This document shows, piece after piece, positions 54,292-64,000 of a DNA stretch of 64,000 nucleotides. Position numbers and translations under genes: made by a program. The stretch spans positions 28,956,001-29,020,000 of the forward strand of contig NC_087436.1 in the NCBI RefSeq assembly GCF_036321535.1. Reading direction: 5' to 3'. Under the pieces are notes generated by a model, which saw only the letters and a list, made by a program, of their open reading frames with translations, searched no databases and was not told the origin of the DNA. Each line of letters opens with the position of its first letter. Within the stretch, counting starts at the first letter, position 1. The DNA comes from Camelus dromedarius (Eukaryota).

Positions 54292-55720
54292 GCTTCCGGT
54301 TGAAGACAGAGAAGAGGTGAATTCATGCACTAACCTTCCCTCTTCCTAAAACTTCACTGAGATTAAAAAGAAAATTTTAAACGTACAAGAGCAAATAAAA
54401 GACAAATAAACAAGTGAGGGAAACAATAGTGACAACATTTTCTAAGTTTGGAAGTAGATCAATAAGTTATAATTGACTTAGTAGCTTTGAAAATATGTAA
54501 TCTTTAGCTGGAAGTTTAGAGCATAAAGAAGATAACTGATTTATCCCACTGAAAATTCTGAAGGCTTAGGAATTGATAGAACAAATTAGTTCTGAAGTGG
54601 GAGTGAATATAAAAATAAAAAGGATAAAAAATGTCATTAAGAAGCAATTAGACTTCCAACTTACTCTCATCGACAGTACGTGTAGCTGATCGATTATCCC
54701 CTCTGGCTAGAAGACACGAGATTTGTCCTCAAGGAGGTTAAGAGAGAGATGCCTAGATTGGAAGACAGCAGGCATGTCTAATGTGAGATGATCATACCAA
54801 GAGATTTTGAATCGTGCATCTTTTCCCAGCTAGCTTTCAGAATACCATTGCCCAAGCTTATACCTCCTGGCAGAAACCCCAAAAATACTTCTCTTTGTAT
54901 TAACTAGCCCAAGAAGAAAAATATATCTAACACACTGATATTGAGGATTTCTTAATCAAATGGTCCAGACAGATCATCCTACAGACAAAGATACTCCACA
55001 GGCCCTCCAAACAAGCAGAGTGTTTGCCTTTAGCATTTTTTGAATACTGTTGTTAAATATGAGCAGGCAGCCAAGTATCACAAGACATTTGCAAAAAAAA
55101 TCTCTTCTATAATTCTTGGAAAGAGACACTATTCAGGGAAAATAAAATGTAATACAGACCATCATCAATATCTAGAGATGAATAAGAGAAAATACTGCAT
55201 ACATGAAAAACAGTTCAAAATAGCTTAAAATAGGAATATTCAGAAAACAAAAAGAACTTGGGTTCAAAATAATAATAAAATAATTAAATAAAAAGCTCAA
55301 TAGAAGCTTGGATGATAAACATGAGAAAATCTCCCAGAAAGTAGTTTTTTAAAATACAGAAAATAGGAAAGAAAAAGTGAAGAAAATTGGTAGGTTGGTG
55401 GAGGAGTTTCAGCTTCCAAATAAGGAACCAAACAAGATGAAGAAAATAAGAGTAAGAAATGATGAAAGAAATAATCCAAAACTTTTTCCAAAAACTGAAA
55501 AGCTTGCATTTAAAGATTGAAAGAGTTACTAAGTACCTACAATATGATTTAAAATAGTTACACATCAAATGACAGGATGCTATGTAATTTCAGAACTTGA
55601 TGACAAAGATCTTCTCATAAGTTTCCAAAGATGTTGGGGAAACTGCGCTCATGAAAAGTTTATTTATGAAAATGTTCTACTTCAGAAGACGATATAAAAA
55701 ACCTTTCAAAAAATCTAAGC
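54292..55720 (+). mobile_element. HAL1/L1M 5' UTR and decayed ORF1
   Basis: Start 'gcttccggttgaagacagag'; ORF1-like 'aaatctcccagaaagtag', 'aaagaaataatccaaaactttttccaaaaactgaaa...agattgaaagag'. Confidence 0.65.
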
Positions 55721-55794
55721 TTAACTTCTAACAAATTTGGCTTGAATCAAGCCTGATCAAAACCTAAAATTCTTCAGTTCTCAGAGATTTTGGT

Positions 55795-55867
55795 CCTCTC
55801 CATCCCCCTGACTTTAGGGTAGGAATCCTTCCCTCACCCATAGGGTGAACAGGAGTCAAGGAAAATA
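55795..55867 (+). mobile_element. 5' LTR remnant (U5 end only)
   Basis: 'ccatccccctgactttagggtaggaatccttccctcacccatagggtgaacagg...aaaata' aligns with the end of the 3' LTR 'ccatcccaaaaccctagcgtggcactctctccctcatcaacagagtggatag...aaaact'. Confidence 0.8.
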
Positions 55868-55869
55868 AC

Positions 55870-55884
55870 TTTTGACAGAATGGT
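55870..55884 (+). promoter_or_regulatory. Putative degenerate primer-binding site, tRNA-iMet-like
   Basis: Two nt after the LTR end: TTTTGACAGA--ATGGT versus the iMet PBS TGGTAGCAGAGGATGGT; correct position but several mismatches and a 2-nt gap. Confidence 0.4.
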
Positions 55885-56981
55885 CCAACAATGACCAAGG
55901 ACGCTCAGTCAGCCTGAATCAACTGCTCTTCAATAGCTCAGTGGTTTCATGATACAGGGAAGGCTGCCTCGGATTCAGCCGCTGATTGCTGGTGGAGTGG
56001 ACCTGTGCTTTGGTCTATTGAGCACTGTGTTGTCTGTATCTGGTGTTGCCTTTTCTTCCCACCCTAAAATGTTCTTGTCCTCAGGAGAAGAGTTGTTAAT
56101 TGACTAAACGTAGGCATGGTGTGCTTTCAGATTCAGTCTGTTTTTGGCGTTGGCGGGGGCAGTCTCTGGGACTCCTGCCTTTAAACAAAGAGGCAACACG
56201 GCACCTTAACCGGTCGGTTGGTGCTTGAGTTCCCCTTACCATGGATGAGCTAGAACTCTCTGGTCACTGTGTCTAACCTGGTATCCATCACTAGCTGCTT
56301 AGGGCAGCCATATGGACATTATTTGTGATTGTACACCCTCAGGAGGAACCCAGGGGTGGCGCACTGTGAATTTTGTGGAAATGGAGATCACCGCCCTAGG
56401 AATAATTAAGCAGGGCATCCAAATCATCTAACAATAACCATTCAGGCCAGGTAGCTAGCTACCTGTGCTACCGTTTCCCATGCTGCTGTCCTGTGTGTTC
56501 TCCCGACCCTAACAAGGGTATCAAGATACTTATCTTCAGAAACCTATGGCCCAGGCAATGATAAAATAAAACAATAATAATGAGAAGTAGAAGGAGCATT
56601 GGGTACCAACCCCTCTTGAAGCAACGGAGGTGGTGACACAACTGCTCTTCCAATAAAAAGCCCCTGATCCACGTGCCAGGGCTTTTGTTAGAGCTGCTGA
56701 CTACTAGGTCCAAAGGCTAATCTGATTGCATGGCTTGATTGCCCAGCCAGCACTGTCAACATAAAAACCTTCCTGGAGGTGGACCCTGACCCTGGGAACA
56801 CTGCCTGATACTCCCGGGAGGAGAAGATAGCTGAGATAGCTCAGCTCCCAAACTCTTTCCCCTCAGCAGCCCAGAAGGTCTGCCCCAAGAGTATCAGATG
56901 GAGACAGAAACTGAAAGCCACATCTATTTTACATGACTATAAATCCAAAATATTCTGAGAAAATTATACAAAGAGAAAGAG

Positions 56982-57131
<150 letters not shown>

Positions 57132-57157
57132 GACAGGCAGGCAAGCCCATAGGGGTA

Positions 57158-57228
57158 TAACAGAGGCTGATTTTGAACAATGACCTCTGGGTTTGGGGCC
57201 CAGAACCCTTCTAATGTGCCACTCTGTT
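57158..57228 (-). pseudogene. Full-length initiator tRNA-Met-derived pseudogene (anticodon position now CCA)
   Basis: Minus strand reads AACAGAGTGGCACATTAGAAGGGTTCTGGGCCCCAAACCCAGAGGTCATTGTTCAAAATCAGCCTCTGTTA; 56 of 72 positions match recalled mammalian tRNA-iMet by hand alignment. Acceptor and anticodon stems pair fully; D and T stems are damaged. Confidence 0.9.
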
Positions 57229-57689
57229 GACTGTTTCTCTGTTGCAACAAAGATCCTAATTCTCAGGATAATAAGGAAAAACATCCATGACACCCCTATG
57301 GCAAAGCAAAGGGACTCCTGAAATTCTATAATGTAGCCATTGCCTTGGGGGAGGTTATAATACTGATGATACTGGTTTAAAGCTTTCTGAGTGAAAATCT
57401 CATACATAAGAGCAGGATACAAAGAATCTCCACCACTATCACCACCATCAAATGAATCCAGTGGCAAAAGGAAGAAAAAAAGAAAGGAAGGAAGTAGGAA
57501 GGAAGGACTGAATCTTGGTTATAAAGAGAGAAAACAAAAAAGTTAAAACAAATGTGTAGAATTTGGCCTTAGAAATCCAAAACTTACTAAAAGAATATAA
57601 CAAAAAGGTAAGAACACCGCTAACTGGCTTTTGCGCCTCTGTAACATAGGTTCTGAATTAATTAATGTCTGTTCAGATGTACCAAATGG

Positions 57690-59850
57690 CAAACTCTTAT
57701 GGATTTAATCAATACTGGGACTTAAGTGACAGTTATACATTGGATCCCACTAAATTTAAATATAATACCACTTATAATGTTAGAGGAATCACTGAATACA
57801 AAATAAAGGACAAATCAGTAAGCACCACTTTAATCACCAAACTATTAACGTTCCTAAATTTCCCATGGTCATAGCACCCGTTTCCCTAATTTTAGCACAC
57901 TTCTAGAATGGGCATGGATGGTTGGACATAACAAGAAATATATTGTAATTAAAGTAATACTTTGGCACTGAATTGTCCTGGAAAAAATGGGAGCCAATGG
58001 ACCCCATTTCCCCAGTTAAAATAATTAATACGACCAAATGTAAATTAAAACAAAGCATCCAAGTATTGAAACATAAAAGACCTACTGAGTGAAGGAGTGG
58101 TTATCCCCTCTGCTTCTCCAGTTAACAGTACGATTTGTTCTGTTCTTAATCCTGGAAAGAATGAATGGCATCTCATGGTGGATTACCACAACCTTAATGC
58201 TATGGTCCAATCCAATAAGACCACCATAACCAACACCCAATATTGTTTTAAATTACCAATTCAACCCAATCAATAACCAATACATATTTTGCTATTATAG
58301 ATTTGTCTACTATGTTCTGTTCAATGCCTATTTCAACAACTTCTGAGCCACAGTTTGCCCTGATCTCCAAAATAACACAATCCACCTCTCTCAGGCTACC
58401 CAGAGCACCTCAGTAGCCTGGCTGCCACACACAATCTTTGCTGCTAAGACAGTAACTGCATGCCCCCTTCTCCAGGAGCCCAGGTATGATATTACGTTGA
58501 TGGCATCTTCTGAGGAGGTTTGTCAGACATATACATTTAGGAATATAAATTCTCAAAAAGGAGCTCACAAAAAAGGGGATGGGCCGTTGCCCTCCACATA
58601 GTACAGGACCCTGTCACTTCTGTTAAATTCCTGAAAATTCTCTGGTAAACTGAGGGCTGCTCCATCTAGACACTGGCAAGAAGCAGCAACTGACTCTTCT
58701 CAGCACCTACAGTGTTTATAAAATCCAGTATCTTTTAGGTCTTTGGAGGTTCTGGAGGCAATGCATTACTTATTTACAAAGCTCATGTATGCAGTCACTT
58801 GCAAATCATCCCACCTTTAGTGGGGAACGCTCAAACCAAAGGCTCCAGAATCTGTCCAAATTGAGATCAGCAGGCACTCTCATTAGTGTCTGAGTTTCCT
58901 TCACTGTAGAGACTTTAGCAACCTCTTCTCAAGGCATGTGGCGTCTCTGGACCACCTAGGATTGCCATAAAAACTGCCCTCCTTGGCCTGCACCAGATAC
59001 CATTAGAGTGGTGACGGCTGGCCACATGCTCAGCAATTCTGAAAGCAGTCTCTCACAGACCCTGGACATCTGTTCCTCCACACCAAGCTGGCCATTATGC
59101 CTCAGGTCATGGGAGCAGCACTCCACCAGCCCTGCAATGTGACTGGGGCCTCCTTTCTCCAGGCTGGAGCCAACCTGGACCCTCTGACCACATCCCACCT
59201 GCAGGAGGGGCTAGCCTCACTTCTCCTCTGTCCTTTGCCAGATGCCACAGTGCTAGAGGAGGTCAAACCAGTCCCAGAGAGTCCCTTGGGAGCAATTGAG
59301 TGACCATTAATAGGTGTTTATACACTTTGTGGACCATATTGCCACCATTATATAGGATGGAGCTCAGTGGAATGTTGCTGCTTTCCATTCCTAATCCAAG
59401 GTGTCCCTGATAAGTGACAGGAACTAAGGGTCAGCACAGCTGGCCACACATCAGACAATCATCTTAGCATCAGAGACCTTGGCCAGTAAATGGCCCCATC
59501 TGTATATTTTTTATAAATTCTTATGTGTTGTGTAAAAATTGACTGCTTTGAGGTAAAGGAGTCTGACAATCTCTTGCCTCACAGAGATCTAAACTATAAA
59601 TAAAGGCAATAGTTGTTATTACCTGTACTAATCCCCTAATCCAAGGCCTCACCTGAACACGCCTTATCCCTTCGGAATTCCGGAGATCATTAATAGTCAC
59701 CAAGGCATTCATTTCACTTTTCAAAGCAGACAATATTGTGCTCTTGAAGAAGTCATTCAATGCAATTTCCATGTCCCTTCAAAGCCCCAGACATTCAGTT
59801 TAATTGAGGCACAATGGCCCCCTCAAAGAGCTCCGAAGAGAGCAAATGGA
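57690..59850 (+). pseudogene. pol: ERV-L-type pro-pol remnant (protease, RT, RNase H, integrase core) with many stops and frameshifts
   Basis: Hand translation: PR 'LINTGT*VTVI' (NTG 57711-57719); RT 'EGVVIPSASPVNSTICSVLNPGKNEWHLMVDYHNLN' (to 58198), 'YFAIIDLSTMFCSMPI', 'YVDGI' (58493; the YIDD motif), 'SVKFLKILW', 'LLGLWRFWRQCI'; RH 'FVDH...GSAQLA' (from 59326); IN 'FGIPEIINSHQGIHFT...FHVPSKPQTFSLIE-HNGPLK' (from 59671). Confidence 0.93.
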
Positions 59851-60116
59851 CGCCCTGCTATTGCCACAGGCACAGATTAATCTGAAGCCACATCCCCTGA
59901 GGACAAGCGCTCCCTATACTAAAGCCACACAGATTCCTCAATTTCCTTTATCGGCCACAAAAGGACTGCCCCTAAAGTTCACGTTTTTGAAAACCACCTT
60001 GCTACGTGGCCCTCCTCCTCTTCAAGTGCCTGCTTCACGTCCTAAAGAGGCACTTCTTCCTACTCCCTAGAAATCTCAGTTCATCGCCAAGGTAAAAATT
60101 GATGTCAAGTCATCAA

Positions 60117-60593
60117 AGAGTTAATTATGGTCCAAGAATGAAAATTAAGGCCCAGTGTTGTGCACTGCCTTGACATCTGGAATAACCAGGAGTGCCTTAA
60201 ATAACCAAACCTCACCTTCCTCATTTTCCTCCTGGAGATAAGATCCCTTAGCCAAACCATTCTCCTCATCAGTGAGTTTCATTTCCTGACCAGCCCCATT
60301 GAATTCAAACAAGCCAGTCCCATCCTCCAGCCGGAACCAAGGAGAACACCTCCCTCTCGAAACCTGCTTCTTCTAGCCCCTGGTTTCCCCTCTGTCCCTG
60401 AGTGTAACCTCACACTGTGGCCCTGTGTTTTGTGTGGTGTCCTTCTCCCCCAAAGCTGGGAGAATATGTGACCAATAGTTGTTGTCAGTTTCACCCGTCT
60501 GTCCAGGGTCAGATGTTGTGTGTTCCCCATCCCAAAACCCTAGCGTGGCACTCTCTCCCTCATCAACAGAGTGGATAGCTGACGGTTAAAACT
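60117..60593 (+). mobile_element. 3' LTR, MER74/LTR53-like (ERVL)
   Basis: 'ttaattatggtccaagaatgaaaattaaggcccagtgttgtgcactgccttgacatctgg', 'gataagatcccttagccaaac', 'ttcaaacaagccagtcccatcctcc', 'atatgtgaccaatag'; its end is homologous to 55795-55867. Confidence 0.85.
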
Positions 60594-62989
60594 ACCCTTT
60601 TCCTGCCTTATTTTTCTTTCAGCATTGGGATAAATTAGTTGAAGTTGAGCTACGTTGGGTGAACTTACTAGGTGGGATGATAATGACTTTGTAAAATCAG
60701 GTTATTCAGCCCTATTCTTGGTGAAGCAGCAGTTTGTTAAATCTGATTTCCCTGGGAGATGTACTCATATTTGTTTGACTCTAGTTTTGCTTATTCGCTG
60801 CCAACATAACATGTTGTTAAGGGGAATAAAAATGCATATATTAAAACAACATTCTAAATATAAACCATAAAAGGACAGTCAGAATAGTCTTTAGTTTCTT
60901 AGTCCAAATTTTATGGTGCTTTATACGTGAGAATCATCCTTACAAATGAGCATGTGGCAGGGAGAGCATTGAAATTTTAAAATATAAAATGAAGTTCTAG
61001 ATGCTATGACTTATTTGTGTGTTTTTAAGTAGAGTTATTCCCAGGATTTCAAGTTAAAGTAAGACACAGAGACCAGAAACGTATCCTGGCACAGACTGAG
61101 AACTCAGAGTCCAGAGAAAGGGTCGGGGTAAGTAGAGTTAGGTTTATGGTTAGGTTCTTCCGTAAGTTGGTCTATATTTGTCTCCTTTATTTCATGGGTA
61201 GGATAAGGACCAGAATATTCTCAAGGCTCAGTTCTGCACTAAAATTCTATTATTTTTCAGGGTCCACTTTAAAAAAAAACCCAGAAAATCAGATTAATTG
61301 CTACGAAAGTTCAGATACTAGTTGATGAATACAAGCCAACCAACATGAAGGTGTTAAGACTTTTTCAAAAATAGTTCCTTAAAACATTCTTCGAAATCAG
61401 ATGCAAAGGGAAGATAAATAAACAAATTTTTATAATTATTATGTCTTGTATTTATTTTTATTCACATTTCTTCCTTTTCATTATATAATGTCATGGATGT
61501 ATCACAAAAAGAACCAGAGAGTTTGATTTAATCTGTATCCTTTTTAAATTGGTCAAGCCCATTTTTGGCACTGTAATACACTAGCCAAAGTTACGGGGAC
61601 GGAGGGTGAGAAACCCTAAAAAATATTTATAATTTACATATTACACGTTTCTAGAATGATTTCCAAATAAGCACAATTAATGAAAAAAATGTACTTAAGA
61701 GATATCATTTAAATAGTGGTAATAATCATCAGTGATCACACAGAGAATAAAGTGCAATGCAGTAGAGAGACTATCATTTCATAGAAAGATAAAAACTTAA
61801 AGTTCTCTGGGAATGTGAATATATAATGCAGATCAGGTCCCACTTGGATAACAAGCTCCGTAAAACTTGAGTGATAAGGAGAAAGTTAGCAGGCTCTTCT
61901 ACAAATAAGATTTCCTTCCTCATAAGCCTTTTTCTTTCTTTCATGTTGTCTTGTTTAAAGACAGGAGGATCCACTTAGGCAAGAGCCTCTTCTATTAAGA
62001 GGGTTGAAAGAAATGTTACATCTTAAACTGAAATACTGGGTTAATACCTACACTTTAAAAATACCTAATACCTGCTCATCCCATGTAACTGATTTTCAGT
62101 TGAAAATTTGCCTCCCACCCCAGCAGGAATACCCTTAACTGATAACCACAGTGCTGCCTCCTTGTCTTAGAGATTTGTGAAATATTATGTCAGTGTCACA
62201 TGATTCCACGTGATCTGTTCATGGTATCGCCACTTGTTTCCTTTCTGGTTTCTATAATTACAAGTGCATGATCACAGGTCACTGAGACACCTCTGAACTG
62301 AGTAACATTTGCAAACACTGGTATGGGAATCCATACATGTTTTCAAAGAAACGGTGAAAACAAAGCGAGCATCTACCAAGGCATCCCAATGAAAACGTTT
62401 GGTATTACTGTATTTGTAAATAAAATGTGTATCTTTCTTCTCTTTCTGACTTCTTCCTGGGGCATACTGTACCACTTTATTAAATTATTTGCCGTATTTT
62501 AACTAGAATTATTCAACAATCATTTATTTTTATTACTTTTCTTTTTGTTTTAACTTACATATGTATAGGACTACGTGGACTTCAGAAATCAAAACTGCTT
62601 CTCAGTCTCTTAAAACTTACTGGAGAATGAAGATGATTGTATTCTTTTTATTTTTCTCTTTCTCATTTCTCACTTTCTCTCTCTAATTTAACTTTACTTG
62701 GCATATTTTATTGTAACCATTGTGCTGTCTATTTGTGGTCTATGTAGCCCAGTAATAAATAAGGGTGGTTTTCACACAATGTCAAAAAAAACTGATCATT
62801 GAATGCCCGAGTGTGTGGAAAAGCCCAAGCCAGCTTGTTGATGATCAAATATTATTATCTTCTAAACATGCATTTTGATATTCCAAACATTAATTAATAG
62901 AAGGCCACAGAATTTGTTTACCTATAATACAATTCTATCTCTTCATGTATATAAGTTTCTCTTGTGTTGATTGATAACTCCAGCCATCT

Positions 62990-63016
62990 CACACACACAC
63001 ACACATACACACACAC
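62990..63016 (+). repeat. (CA)n microsatellite
   Basis: Directly visible. Confidence 0.9.
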
Positions 63017-64000
63017 GGATACCATTTTTTGAGAGAAATAATTGCCAGAAAACTTAGAAAGCGGTCGTACACTCCATTATTAATTAGGAAACACAACTGA
63101 GCATGACAGAAATCTCATACTTTTAGAATAAAATTCAGAATTTCATGTTTATGCAACTCACCATGTTGACAATTGTTTTCTTCCCTTTGTCATAATTAAA
63201 GAAGAGTCACTTGCACTGGCAAGGGGAGGGAGGGAATGGGGATTGTGTTCCAGATTAGGTGATGGCAATGCTAATGAAATGTCCCTTCCTCCTAGGTTGA
63301 CTGGTTGAGGAGTTGCCCAGTGATTATGAGCTGTTCTCAAAAGTACATAACTTAAGAGAAATAAGATAAAAAATATCTTCATCTACACAATTTTCTCAAT
63401 AGACATTTTTACATGGATTAATAAATTTTCTTTAAACGATAAATGTTCCCTTAGACATGTTAATTTAGTCAAAGATTAATATGAACTTCCTTATTTCAGC
63501 TGATAAATTTAAATCCTATTTTTCATGACAAAGACATAAAACTTTCAACGGATTAAAAAGTAAGAGAAAAAATCTTAAACTTTTTGCACAGCCAAAGGGC
63601 AACTCTAGAGAACAGAGTCTTCCAAGCTAAGAAATGGCAACTTTAAGAAGTCTACTATTAGAACCATTAAAATGAAAAGAAATCCGATTTCTATCAAGCA
63701 GATAGTGAATACTGCCCACATTAATTTTTATAATATAATAAGTCATATGCAAAAAGTATGATTCTGTCAAATATGTGTAATTCCAACCAACATTTATTTG
63801 CATGGTAATTGAAAGATATTCAAAAAGCACATCAGGGTCAGGCCAAAAAATCAGGTAAATATGTCCTAGTGCAATCATACATATATATTTTTCATTAGTA
63901 GGGATAGAGGGTGACTTGAGATTTTCAGGAAGGAATTGAAGGAGATGACTGGACTTCAGCAACTGAGATTTGACTTCCTGGACTCCACACCACCAATAAA

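Noticed and set aside
57158..57228. Functional tRNA-Trp(CCA) gene
   Set aside because: The body is iMet-derived and the D and T stems no longer pair; treated as a pseudogene.
59521..59772. Minus-strand ORF with an env TM-like hydrophobic stretch
   Set aside because: It is the antisense of the integrase core, which reads clearly on the plus strand.

Overview
AT-rich mammalian genomic DNA, most likely camelid (two L1 3' ends resemble the Camelus/Vicugna L1 3' UTR as I recall it). No protein-coding gene could be identified, so the window looks intronic or intergenic; the ORF track is almost entirely microsatellite or repeat artefact. Content is mostly transposable-element fossils: L2, MIR, L1M/HAL1, MaLR/ERVL LTRs, hAT-Charlie and Tigger elements, two younger ERV1-type solo LTRs and camelid-type L1 tails. 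The notable locus is a decayed class III (ERV-L-related, MER74/HERVL74-like) provirus at ~55.8-60.6 kb with recognisable protease-RT-RNase H-integrase remnants. Upstream of its protease it carries a full-length antisense copy of initiator tRNA-Met (57158-57228), which has a compensatory acceptor-stem change and no CCA or poly(A). Its primer-binding site resembles a degenerate tRNA-iMet PBS, so this may be a retroelement that carried its own primer tRNA gene. Family names come from recalled consensus sequences, not database searches. Boundaries of old repeats are approximate.
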